From positions 37 to 64,036 of the forward strand of contig CAZHWZ010000005.1 of assembly GCA_964535965.1 (NCBI GenBank): a stretch of DNA of 64,000 nt, read 5' to 3'. Made by a program: the position numbers and the translations under genes. The notes below the pieces were generated by a model. The model saw only the letters and a program-made list of their open reading frames with translations, searched no databases and had not been told where the DNA came from. Source of the DNA: an uncultured Candidatus Bathyarchaeia archaeon. Lineage in GTDB: Archaea > Thermoproteota > Bathyarchaeia > Bathyarchaeales > Bathycorpusculaceae. This document shows positions 19,251-28,459 of the stretch, piece after piece (positions within the stretch are counted from its first letter, which is position 1; each line of letters opens with the position of its first letter).

Positions 19251-20510
19251 ATGGACAGAGAAGTATCCCAACGATCTGGGCTCAAGCCTGCTTTAGGTTT
19301 GTTTGATGCTACAGCCATTAGCGTTGGTGCAATTATTGGTGCGGGTATATTCGTTGTAACGGGTATTGCTGCTGGTTTGGCTGGTTCCGCCCTAGTAGTT
19401 TCCATGATTATAGCCGCTGTAATCGCTCTATTTACAGCATTAAGCTTCGCCGAGCTAACAGCATGGCAACCCAGAGAAGGAAGCATCTACGAATACACAT
19501 ACCAACTAATCTCTCCCTTCGCAGGCTTCTTAACTGGCTGGATGTGGATACTATCCAACACCTTCGCAGGCGCCGCAGTCTCACTAGGATTCGCTTACTA
19601 TTTTACCGTTTTAATCCCAATTTTACCCGCCAACCTTATTGCAGCTATCCTGTGCATAACCTTCACGGCGCTCAACTTCTTTGGAATCAGGCAATCAGCA
19701 CTCGTTAACAACATCCTCGTCGCTGCAAAATTACTCATTCTGACATTCTTTGTCATCGTCGGTTCAGGACTCATAAAAACGGCAAATTTCGCTCCATTTG
19801 CGCCTTTCGAAGCGGGAGTGTTCTACGGAGCATTTTACATTTTCTTCGCCTACGGAGGCTTCGCAAGAGTAGCCGTAATCGCAGAAGAGGTTAAAGACGC
19901 AAGACGAAATGTCCCGAGAGCAATACTCCTGTCGCTTGTAATATCCACGTTAGTTTATATTCTTGTTGGCGTCGTGGCCGTCGGACTTGTAGGAGCCCCC
20001 AGACTTTCAAGCTCAAAATCGCCACTAACAGACGCAATAAGCATAACAGGAAATGCAGCCGCAGTTTACACAGTCTCAGCAGGAGGACTACTTGCAACAG
20101 CAAGCGTCCTGCTCACATCAATCTTAGGCGTGTCCCGCATGGCATACGCAATGGCAAAAAGAAAAGACCTGCCCCAAGCCATGAGCCAACTGCACACAAG
20201 ATTCAACACGCCATATTATTCTGTCTGGATAATCGGCGTTTCAACGACTTTACTTGCTCTATTCGCAGACCTCAGCAAGGTCGTAGCCATAAGCACCTTC
20301 GCACTACTTTTCTACTATACTTTGGCAAACGTGTCTGCCTTAAAATTGAAAGTGAAGAAAAGACTATATCCACGAAGCGTTCCAGCTTTAGGCACAATCA
20401 CCTGTTTAGCCTTAATGATTTTTATTCCACTCGAAGCATGGAGTATCGGCGCTGCAGGATTAGCAACTGGCATAACGGGTTACTGGACAAAAAAGCACTT
20501 CACCAAATAA
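19251..20510 (+). CDS. APC-superfamily amino acid/polyamine permease
   Basis: 419 aa with about 12 TM helices. The N-terminal GLFDATAISVGAIIGAGIFV motif is typical of the APC family. Confidence 0.8.
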   Translation: MDREVSQRSGLKPALGLFDATAISVGAIIGAGIFVVTGIAAGLAGSALVVSMIIAAVIALFTALSFAELTAWQPREGSIYEYTYQLISPFAGFLTGWMWILSNTFAGAAVSLGFAYYFTVLIPILPANLIAAILCITFTALNFFGIRQSALVNNILVAAKLLILTFFVIVGSGLIKTANFAPFAPFEAGVFYGAFYIFFAYGGFARVAVIAEEVKDARRNVPRAILLSLVISTLVYILVGVVAVGLVGAPRLSSSKSPLTDAISITGNAAAVYTVSAGGLLATASVLLTSILGVSRMAYAMAKRKDLPQAMSQLHTRFNTPYYSVWIIGVSTTLLALFADLSKVVAISTFALLFYYTLANVSALKLKVKKRLYPRSVPALGTITCLALMIFIPLEAWSIGAAGLATGITGYWTKKHFTK

Positions 20511-20545
20511 GAGTATATATAAGGGAGGTATAGTTCTGCGAGAGG

Positions 20546-22999
20546 CTATTTCTTCTCTTTCCTCTTCAACATGTTCTCAAGCACTGGACGTAATTTCTCG
20601 TTTTCCGCCTTAATCTTATCCTTGCCTAAGGCATGCATCTGCTCAGTCATCTCTTTGACTATCTCCGCAAACCTAACGCCTTCAGCAGCAGAAACATACT
20701 CCACACGGAACCTTTCTGGACTTAATCCAAGCTTATTCAGCATCGGCGCCAAAGCATCCATCCTAGCCTTCATCTTCCAGTTTCCGCTTATGTAGTGACA
20801 GTCGTATGGTAGATGGCAAGCGCCAACCAAAACCATGCCTGCACCCAGCCTAAGAGCCTCAAGCACGAAATCGCGGTCAACCCTCCCAGAACACATCACG
20901 CGTACAGCTCTTATAGTCGGCGGATATTCAAACCTGCTAGTGCCAGCCAAATCCGCGCCCGCATAACTGCACCAATTACACAGAAAAGCCATAACCTTGT
21001 CTTCTGGGTTTGTTTCTAGGGCTGCTCTTACTTGGGCCAAGATTTGGGCGTCTGTGAAGTGCATCTGCGTTATGGCGTCTGCAGGACATTCAGCCACGCA
21101 TGTTCCACATCCGTGGCACATGGCAGTTATCACTTGAGCAGGCTTTTTCTCCTCAACTTTTATCGCGCCGTAAGGACATCGTTCAGCACAGATGCCGCAT
21201 TTAACTGTCATATTCCTGCATTTGCTCGGGTCTATAACTGAAACTATTGGCTCAATCTTCCATTTCGGCTTCGAAAGTACTGTTGCCGCTCTTGATGCTG
21301 CTCCGCTGCCCTGTGAAACGCTGTATGGTATGTCCTTCGGTCCTTGACACGCTCCGGCTAGGAAAATTCCGTCAGTAGGCGCGTCAATGGGCTTTAGTTT
21401 CGGATGGCTTTCCATAAGGAAGCCGTCTGCTCCTCGTGTTAAGTTGAGTATGCGTGCCATTTCCTCTGTGCCCTTTTTTGGTATGGCTGCAGTTGCCAAA
21501 ACAACCATATCAGTTTCAATCTCTATTGGCTGGCCGAGTGTCATATCCTCGGCGTGTATTATCAGATTCTTTGTTTCTGGAACCTCGAAAATGCGGCTTA
21601 CTCTTCCGCGGATAAAGTTTGCACCAAGCTCTCTTGCCCTGTCATAAAATTCCTCATATCCTTTGAAATTGCTCCGCATGTCCATGTAGAAAACGTATAC
21701 TTCCACGTCTTCCTTGTATTTCTCTTTAAGTTGAACAATGTGCTTCAAAGTGTACATGCAACAGAAGTTTGAACAGTATTGATACTTGTTTTTGTCACGC
21801 GAACCAACACACTGAATGAAGGCCACGCTGTGGGGTTTCTGCCCATCAGAAGCCCTGACAACTTTTCCGCTGGTTGGACCAGCTGCAAGTATAAGCCTTT
21901 CAAATTCGAGAGAGGTTACAACGTTTGTGAATTTGCCATACCCGTAAAGCTGGCTGTCATAAGGCAGGTATATGTCATAGCCTGTGGCGACGATTATTGC
22001 GCCTACTTCTAGCTCGATTTCTTCTGACTGCTGTTCGAAGTTTATGGCTTGTCTTGCCCCACAAGCGTCGACACACTTGTAGCATTCAATGCAATAATCC
22101 TTGTTTATCGTGTAAACCAGCGGAACAGCCTGATCGAAGGGAACTGATATGGCTTTCCTAATCCCTAAGCTCATGTCCCAATCGTTAGGATACTCAATTG
22201 GGCAAACGTCTTTACATTCACCGCAGCCGGTGCAGTTTTCAGCGATTATATACCTTGGGTTTTTCCGAATCTTAACCTTGAAATTGCCTATGAAACCGCT
22301 AACGTTTAGCAGATCAGCATAGGCTATTATCTCAATATTGGGATGCCTTCCAACATCAACCATCTTCGGACCTTCAATGCATATGGAGCAGTCAAGGGTT
22401 GGAAAAGTCTTGTCTAGTTGCGCCATGTGGCCGCCTATGCTTTCGCCTTTTTCAAGCAAATACACCTTGAAACCCATTTCAGCCAAGTCTAATGCGGCGT
22501 TTATCCCGGCTATGCCGCCGCCAATGACCAATGCCTTGTTGGTTACTGGAACTTCTATTGTTTGAAGTGGCATTAGCAGCCTTGCCTTTGCGACAGCCAT
22601 TTTTATTATTTCCTTAGCTTTTTCCGTCGCCTCCTTGGGAGTGCTTGGATGACACCATGACGAGAATTCGCGGATGTTTGCCATTTCATAAAGGAAGGGG
22701 TTTAAGCCAGCATCTGAAACTGTTCTTCGGAATGTGGGTTCATGCAGCCGCGGTGAACAGGCTGCCACGACTACACGGTTGAGCTTATGCTCCTTTACTG
22801 CCTTCCTAATTTCCTCTTGTCCCGGGTCTGCACATGTGTAGCGGTTATCTTTCACGTAGACTACGTCCGGCAAAGCTTTGGAATATTCAACAAGTTCTTT
22901 TATGTCTAATACTCCTGCTATGTTCAAGCCGCAGTGGCATATGAAAACCCCTATTCGAGGGACCTCAACCTCAACTTTCTCTTCAGCCATGCTATGCAC
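20546..22999 (-). CDS. hdrA: heterodisulfide reductase subunit A fused to an MvhD/FlpD-like C-terminal domain
   Basis: FAD fold VIGGGIAGINAALDLAEMGFKV and several CxxCxxCxxxCP ferredoxin motifs. The C-terminal 140 aa (FLCNWCSYAGADLAG..RVMCSGRV..GACHLPYDCHY) match the MvhD family. Confidence 0.85.
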   Translation of the reverse strand: MHSMAEEKVEVEVPRIGVFICHCGLNIAGVLDIKELVEYSKALPDVVYVKDNRYTCADPGQEEIRKAVKEHKLNRVVVAACSPRLHEPTFRRTVSDAGLNPFLYEMANIREFSSWCHPSTPKEATEKAKEIIKMAVAKARLLMPLQTIEVPVTNKALVIGGGIAGINAALDLAEMGFKVYLLEKGESIGGHMAQLDKTFPTLDCSICIEGPKMVDVGRHPNIEIIAYADLLNVSGFIGNFKVKIRKNPRYIIAENCTGCGECKDVCPIEYPNDWDMSLGIRKAISVPFDQAVPLVYTINKDYCIECYKCVDACGARQAINFEQQSEEIELEVGAIIVATGYDIYLPYDSQLYGYGKFTNVVTSLEFERLILAAGPTSGKVVRASDGQKPHSVAFIQCVGSRDKNKYQYCSNFCCMYTLKHIVQLKEKYKEDVEVYVFYMDMRSNFKGYEEFYDRARELGANFIRGRVSRIFEVPETKNLIIHAEDMTLGQPIEIETDMVVLATAAIPKKGTEEMARILNLTRGADGFLMESHPKLKPIDAPTDGIFLAGACQGPKDIPYSVSQGSGAASRAATVLSKPKWKIEPIVSVIDPSKCRNMTVKCGICAERCPYGAIKVEEKKPAQVITAMCHGCGTCVAECPADAITQMHFTDAQILAQVRAALETNPEDKVMAFLCNWCSYAGADLAGTSRFEYPPTIRAVRVMCSGRVDRDFVLEALRLGAGMVLVGACHLPYDCHYISGNWKMKARMDALAPMLNKLGLSPERFRVEYVSAAEGVRFAEIVKEMTEQMHALGKDKIKAENEKLRPVLENMLKRKEKK

Positions 23000-23930
23000 C
23001 CATCCACCCCAATCTCTTCTCTACGGATTCCATTACCTTCTGAGAGCCTTTAGCCTTCAACTCTTTAGTCATCTCAATTGGTGAAGCTAACCTCTCTAAT
23101 GCTTTGTTCCATGTCCCCGAGCGAACAGGTGTGTGACTTACTTTGGTTCGTTTAAGCTCCAAGGCTTCCTCAACCGGACAAACAACCTTGCAAGCTCCAC
23201 AGTAGACGCAAAACATCTCGTTCACATGAACCTTTTTATCCTCATCAGAAAGGTAAAGTGCGCCAGTTATTGGACAGACATCCAAGCAGTCTGTGCATCC
23301 CTCTGGACATTTTTCAGGTTTAATCGCAATTTTTCCGTAAAAGAATTTTCGCACACGCATGACGCCTTCGGGGCATTTAAATTCGCAGATTCTGCAACAT
23401 GGGCAACGCTCTTTCTTAACATCAATTTTAACTTGAAGTTCCTTTCTCCTCTTTTTTGGAAGCCTTTTGACGTTTTCAACAACTTTTCCATCCTGCGTCA
23501 GTCTTGTTATCTTAATTAAATCTAGGGGGCATGCTTCTTCGCATTTCACACTATCTACAGGATATTTACTAGCGTCCACTTGGATGTCGCGAATTAGTTG
23601 TGGGAAGCTTTCTTTTTCAACTACTGAAAGCACATGTTCACCGTTCACTGTGACTTTTATTGCTCCGTAGGGGCATAATATGTCGCATATTCCACAAAAA
23701 TTACATTTTGACAAATCAATGTCAATTTTGGCTTTTTTAGCCTTTTCTCCTGAAGTTTTAGGCTCCTTTTCAAGCTTAACAGCCTCTTTTGGACAAGCTA
23801 GAGCGCAGATTTGACAGCCCGCGCATAGGTTTTTGTCAAGATTCAGCTTGTAATTTTTCACGTGTAAAGCCCATTCTAACGTTAATGCTTTCGCTGTGTC
23901 CGTCTTTGCTGTTTTTAGCGGCATCGCCAA
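22992..23930 (-). CDS. polyferredoxin (multiple 4Fe-4S dicluster domains, MvhB/FwdF-like)
   Basis: At least five CxxCxxCxxxCP-type motifs (CAGCQICALACP, CNFCGICDILCP, CPCCRICEFKCP, CTDCLDVCP, CVYCGACKVVCP). Overlaps the hdrA start by 8 nt. Confidence 0.8.
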   Translation of the reverse strand: MAMPLKTAKTDTAKALTLEWALHVKNYKLNLDKNLCAGCQICALACPKEAVKLEKEPKTSGEKAKKAKIDIDLSKCNFCGICDILCPYGAIKVTVNGEHVLSVVEKESFPQLIRDIQVDASKYPVDSVKCEEACPLDLIKITRLTQDGKVVENVKRLPKKRRKELQVKIDVKKERCPCCRICEFKCPEGVMRVRKFFYGKIAIKPEKCPEGCTDCLDVCPITGALYLSDEDKKVHVNEMFCVYCGACKVVCPVEEALELKRTKVSHTPVRSGTWNKALERLASPIEMTKELKAKGSQKVMESVEKRLGWMGA

Positions 23931-24027
23931 CCACCAGGTCGCATCTTCACGATGCGTTAGCCCATAGTTGAAGTATAGCCTAATACTCTACTTTCATATA
24001 TATTTTAGTTTTAAATGTCGCGAGATT

Positions 24028-24597
24028 TCAATAATAGAAGAGTTTGGTGCAAACTGCCACATAACATTTTAAATCATCATCCTTCATAGAAACAATCTTT
24101 AAGCCTGCACCCAACAGTAATTCTTCAAAACTTTCTAGGGTGAAAGCCTTCTTCAAACCAGTAACAACAATAACAGCATTATCCTTCGCAACCCGCTTAA
24201 TCTCGTTCAAGGTTTCAGCAGGATTTGGCATGTTTTGGATAAGCGTGAACGCAAAAACAAGGTTAAAGCTATTCTCTTCAAATGGCGTGCTATCAGCATC
24301 AGCCAAAATCAAGTGAACGTTTTGAAAATTTTTTGCACGTTCTTTCGCTTGTAACAGAATTTTCCTAGAAATTTCCAGACCTATGGTTTTTTCTGCTTTG
24401 GATGCGATATGCCTGAATAAAAGTCCTGTTCCACAGCCAACATCCAAAACTAGCCCACACCTGTCTATATCTAAGCTTTTCAGAGCCACCTCAAATTTTG
24501 CATTTTGCTCCTCAGCATATCGCATATCATAAATGTGCGCTGTTAAATCGTAACGCTCCATCACTTCACGTTTTTTGTTCCACTCGCTCAAAAGCAA
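24028..24597 (-). CDS. class I SAM-dependent methyltransferase
   Basis: VLDVGCGTGLL (motif I) and VFAFTLIQNM. 189 aa. Confidence 0.75.
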   Translation of the reverse strand: MLLSEWNKKREVMERYDLTAHIYDMRYAEEQNAKFEVALKSLDIDRCGLVLDVGCGTGLLFRHIASKAEKTIGLEISRKILLQAKERAKNFQNVHLILADADSTPFEENSFNLVFAFTLIQNMPNPAETLNEIKRVAKDNAVIVVTGLKKAFTLESFEELLLGAGLKIVSMKDDDLKCYVAVCTKLFYY

Positions 24598-24653
24598 CCC
24601 TTAAGAAATTTTATGTACGCGAAAAGCCTTCTAAAGCTATTGGCGACCATACA

Positions 24654-25439
24654 TTGTCAAGTTCAAAGCATTTAACAGTCTTAGTAGAACCCGATGTTAC
24701 AGAAGCCGAAGCCGCTGTCAAGGAAGCCGTTTCTCAACACAAGACGCTCCTCGTTATTGGCAAATGCTCGGTGCATTACATTGGAAGAGCAAAATCAAAG
24801 CTTGAACCAGGTGAACGAATACTAATAATCAAAGAGGATGGCTCCCTTCTTGTTCACCGTTCAGTAGGCTATGAACCAGTCAACTGGCAGCCTCCGGGCT
24901 GCATCTTTCATGTCCAAACCAAAGACAACGTTTTAGAAATTCGTGCTCTAAGACAGAAGCCACACGAGTCCGTTAAGGTGTTTTTTGACAACATTCACAT
25001 GGTTTCTGCTTTGAGCCTTGTGGATTCCGGAGAGTTTTCGCTTTATGCGAGTGAGGAGGACATGCAGAAAGCCATTCTTTTGAAGCCCTCGCTCTTAGAG
25101 GAAGGGTTTAAGCCCATAAGTTACGAGAAGAAGGTTAAACCGGGCTTTGTGGATGTCTACGGCGTAGATAAGGATGGAAAGCTTATTGTTGCGGAGATTA
25201 AGCGTAAAACAGCGGGAAAAGATGCAGCACTTCAACTTGCAAAGTATATCGACGCTGTTAAAAGTATGGTAAACCGAGAAGTCCGGGGAATCCTTGTAGC
25301 GCCAAACATTGCAAAAAATGTTCAGAGATTGCTAATAACCCTTGGATTAGAGTTTAAAGCTTTAAATCCCAAAAGGTGTGCAGAGACACTTCGTCGACCG
25401 GAGACAAGGATTCTGGCGGATTTTACCAAGGAATCCTAA
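24654..25439 (+). CDS. nucS: endonuclease NucS/EndoMS
   Basis: GKCSVHYIGRAKSKLEPGERILIIKEDGSLLVHR...EPVNWQPPG (N-terminal domain) and VDVYGVDKDGKLIVAEIKRKTAG..LQLAKY..GILVAP (RecB-like nuclease domain). I place the start at the in-frame TTG at 24654, because the longer listed ORF overlaps the divergent methyltransferase. Confidence 0.8.
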   Translation: MSSSKHLTVLVEPDVTEAEAAVKEAVSQHKTLLVIGKCSVHYIGRAKSKLEPGERILIIKEDGSLLVHRSVGYEPVNWQPPGCIFHVQTKDNVLEIRALRQKPHESVKVFFDNIHMVSALSLVDSGEFSLYASEEDMQKAILLKPSLLEEGFKPISYEKKVKPGFVDVYGVDKDGKLIVAEIKRKTAGKDAALQLAKYIDAVKSMVNREVRGILVAPNIAKNVQRLLITLGLEFKALNPKRCAETLRRPETRILADFTKES

Positions 25440-25660
25440 TTTTGACGACCATATTCCCAATTAACCTTGTAGCTGTTCTATTTCGCATGATTCCTTGTAA
25501 TTCTAAGTCTCATAAAAGAGAAAGAAAAAGGATGTTTGAAGGGATACTGTTAACTTAAGAGACATGAGTTATTAGAGTTTGCTTTGTTTTTTCATGTCTA
25601 GTTTCATTTTATAAGAGGTTGATAGGCAAAACTTTAATTGATTGCAGAACACATTAGTCA

Positions 25661-26110
25661 ATGATTCTTATGAAACAAGGAATAGATAAAATAGATGGCT
25701 ATCGATACATAACGACAACTTTCGAGATTCCAGAAGACAAAGCTTTCTTAGAAACGACAATAAATGAAGCGACTGAAAGATCACGCAAGGTGGATGTCCA
25801 CGCTCCAAGCGGAACTGTGCGTTCTCCAACAGTTCGAAAGAACAAAAATATAGGAGGCTTACTCGCAGAAAAAGCCTTCAGAATATATGTTGAAGATTTG
25901 ATAAAAACCAAAGGGTTGAAGGCGAAGCTCATTCCAGTTGCACTGAGAGAAGAGAGCGTAAAAGAAATTGGGACGCAAATAGACTTTATATTGGAAGTGA
26001 ATGGAAAGAAGAAAACTATCGAGGTACGATCTTCTTTCAGTTACTTGACTGATCTCCCTAGATTGTTTGGACACGCCTTTACAATGGTAAAGGTGCCTTT
26101 TCGATTATAG
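25661..26110 (+). CDS. hypothetical protein, possibly PD-(D/E)xK nuclease-like
   Basis: GTQIDFILEVNGKKKTIEVRSS resembles a D..E-x-K/R core. Weak call. Confidence 0.3.
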   Translation: MILMKQGIDKIDGYRYITTTFEIPEDKAFLETTINEATERSRKVDVHAPSGTVRSPTVRKNKNIGGLLAEKAFRIYVEDLIKTKGLKAKLIPVALREESVKEIGTQIDFILEVNGKKKTIEVRSSFSYLTDLPRLFGHAFTMVKVPFRL

Positions 26111-26111
26111 G

Positions 26112-26924
26112 TTGGTACAAAACCCAAAACAAGCCTCTAGAGGAAAAGAAGGATTATGGTGTCTTAAACATCCAGATAGGCTAACTTTGGATGAGTGTAG
26201 AGACTTTCTAAGAATGATTAAGGAAAAGGGATTTGACACTCATGCAATTCGAATCCCATTGAGAGACTTCCTAACATCTAAAGGGTTCGTAGTCGGTAAA
26301 AAAATAGCGGGGGGCAAATCTAGAGGATTCGGAAAGTATGCAGATTTGAAAGTTGCACCAGAAATGCTAGAGCAAATGTTGAATGAGCTTAAAACCATAA
26401 ACTACGAGGCTTACCTAGTGGATGGAGTCATGTATAGAACGGGAACTAGAATCGATGCAACACTCGGAATTTTAAAAGGAGACATTGAAGAAAAAGAAAC
26501 TCATGCTGAAATCAAAGTTTTTGACAAAGTTAGAAGGTCACTACTCACAGGAGAAGAGGAAATCAAAAGACAAGGCAAAAAATGGATTAAATTCATTGAT
26601 TTACCATTCTACAATGAGCTAATGAGTTTTGCACAAGAAAGAGAAAAACTGTTTGAAATAGATGCTGTTGAAATGGGAAAACTGAATAGGGCGTTGATAG
26701 CGAAATACTGTCCTGAAGTCATTAAGAAATATGGCAAGGTTATGCCTAACCACTTTTGGAGACACATGTTTGCTCAAATCAACTTGGACAGAACACAATG
26801 GAATTATAGCGTTGTAGCGTTCTTAGGGGGTTGGGATGTTAAAAGTCTTCAAGAGAGCTATGGAAAACCCCCAGAGGAAAAGTTGCGAGAATGGGGTATC
26901 CAGCATATTTCAATGGTGATTTAG
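26112..26924 (+). CDS. tyrosine recombinase/integrase (catalytic domain)
   Basis: Box I-like YRTGTRIDATLGI and box II-like NHFWRHMFAQ...FLGGWDVKSLQESYG supply the R...H-x-x-R...Y catalytic residues. TTG start. The N-terminal boundary is uncertain. Confidence 0.65.
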   Translation: MVQNPKQASRGKEGLWCLKHPDRLTLDECRDFLRMIKEKGFDTHAIRIPLRDFLTSKGFVVGKKIAGGKSRGFGKYADLKVAPEMLEQMLNELKTINYEAYLVDGVMYRTGTRIDATLGILKGDIEEKETHAEIKVFDKVRRSLLTGEEEIKRQGKKWIKFIDLPFYNELMSFAQEREKLFEIDAVEMGKLNRALIAKYCPEVIKKYGKVMPNHFWRHMFAQINLDRTQWNYSVVAFLGGWDVKSLQESYGKPPEEKLREWGIQHISMVI

Positions 26925-26925
26925 C

Positions 26926-27171
26926 ATGTCGGAACCAAGTTTTAAAATTCTAACACCACAAGAACGGGAAAAATTGCCATACTGTAGATTTGCATGTTTC
27001 GGTAAATGCGACTTAGAAAAGCAGAGTGATAAGGAGTGTGCTAAATGCATGTGCTTCTTGATTTTTCGAAGTCTTCAGCATGAAGATGTTGCTACGGCTG
27101 TTCATGGGTTGCACGGTTTGATGGAGATTTTGAAGTTGCTTGATGTGTTGTCGAAAGAGGCAAAACTATAA
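26926..27171 (+). CDS. small Cys-rich hypothetical protein
   Basis: 81 aa, CRFACFGKCD...CAKCMC. Tightly packed after the integrase. Confidence 0.35.
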   Translation: MSEPSFKILTPQEREKLPYCRFACFGKCDLEKQSDKECAKCMCFLIFRSLQHEDVATAVHGLHGLMEILKLLDVLSKEAKL

Positions 27172-27192
27172 TGGCGAAAGGTAGAATGTGGT

Positions 27193-27480
27193 TTGAATAA
27201 AATGTCTAAACATAAAAAAGATTTCTTCAGGTCTATTGCACATTTAGTAGTGCTTGGGTTTATTGATGTAGAAGAGGAAATCGTCAGTGTCACCGAAAGG
27301 GATGAAGAGCTTGTGCGTAGAACCTATAGACTTACGCCTAAAGGTAAAGACCTTGCCGAAACTCTGTTAAAAAATATTCCTGAAGATGTCAAGGAAACTA
27401 TTCAAACGTTGAAAAAGTTTAATGAGATGACTCTTCAACAGTTACACGACTATTGTCGTGTGAAATATGGGAAATGTTGA
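27193..27480 (+). CDS. small winged-helix-like protein (weak)
   Basis: 95 aa. IAHLVVLGFI...RRTYRLTPKGKDLAE resembles a wHTH wing of the PadR/MarR style. Confidence 0.35.
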   Translation: MNKMSKHKKDFFRSIAHLVVLGFIDVEEEIVSVTERDEELVRRTYRLTPKGKDLAETLLKNIPEDVKETIQTLKKFNEMTLQQLHDYCRVKYGKC

Positions 27481-27568
27481 GGCTGTCACTCTTTATATAA
27501 ACCTTTCGAAACTTTCGACAGCCTAATATAGTGAGAAAGAACAACAACAAGAGAGGGAGACCTTCAGA

Positions 27569-27886
27569 ATGAAATGGAAAATCATAGAACTTTCCTTTAT
27601 TGTTATGTCTTTCCTTATTATGTTTTCTGGTTTTGCTCTATTTTGGATTAATGCAACAAATCTTAATCAAATAATGCACTTTGTTTGGGTTACTTCAGAC
27701 CTTTACATAATTGAAATGCCTCAAAATAATTACTTTTTCTACATGATTATTGGCATGACCATGTTTTGTTTCGGTGTCATTCTCTTTCTAATTTATGTCG
27801 TAATGAAATATTTTTTGCGTCAACTTCAATTTTATGTAACATGGATTTTGAGACAGATTAAAAAAATTGTTAGTAGGATTTTCTAA
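27569..27886 (+). CDS. small membrane protein (3 TM)
   Basis: 105 aa, very hydrophobic and A+T-rich. Confidence 0.35.
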   Translation: MKWKIIELSFIVMSFLIMFSGFALFWINATNLNQIMHFVWVTSDLYIIEMPQNNYFFYMIIGMTMFCFGVILFLIYVVMKYFLRQLQFYVTWILRQIKKIVSRIF

Positions 27887-27900
27887 CATTTACCATAATA

Positions 27901-28329
27901 ATGTTAGTTTTGTGCTTTCTCGACCGCATAATCCCTTCATCTGTTGTTTTTCCGGTTGAATACGGCTTTGTTCCGCAAACATGGTTTGACGATGACGACC
28001 CCCTTGACATAATGGCGTTAAGTTACGAACCGCTTGAAGTTGGATGCATAGTTAAGGTTAGAGTTATAGGAGCATTGATAATCGAAGATGAGAAGGGAGA
28101 AGACCCAAAAATGTTATCCGTGCTTGTCAATGATGCAAGATTTGAAGGATACAGAGATATTGAGGACGTTCACCCGCACAAGCTTAGAGAAATTCAGGAG
28201 TTCTTTGAGACCTACAAGCGGTTAGAACCTCATAAATGGGTTAGATTCAAAGAATGGAAAAACACTGAAGAAGCAACGAAGATTGTGAATTACGCCATCA
28301 AACGATTTAAGGAGCTTAATGTAACATAA
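27901..28329 (+). pseudogene. ppa: family I inorganic pyrophosphatase, 5'-truncated
   Basis: LDRIIPSSVVFPVEYGFVPQTWFDDDDPLDIMAL...VIGALIIEDEKGEDPKML matches family I PPase from about the conserved Arg onward. The N-terminal 40-45 residues (the E-I-P-K-G-S..K-Y-E block) are missing and no upstream frame encodes them; there is a stop at 27874-27876 in frame. Confidence 0.7.
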
Positions 28330-28459
28330 CTATTTCTTCACCATACTTAAGATACCACTGAAATATTAGTGGCCAGCTATTCCTACCATGCGATATTCTT
28401 AAATCGCCCATCCGACTGTTCTCATTTGTTATAGTTGGGGTTAAGCTGGCGAATGAAAC

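Larger units (their letters stand above)
25440..27900. mobile_element. putative integrated-element remnant (integrase plus small ORFs); boundaries not defined
   Basis: Tyrosine-recombinase ORF, four small orphan ORFs, composition that looks more A+T-rich than the flanks by eye (not computed), and a right edge that coincides with the truncation point of ppa. Confidence 0.45.

Noticed and set aside
25441-25660. Search for the missing N-terminal ppa fragment at the left edge of the integrase islet
   Set aside because: No frame there encodes anything like E-I-P-K-G-S..K-Y-E, so a simple split of ppa by insertion could not be demonstrated.
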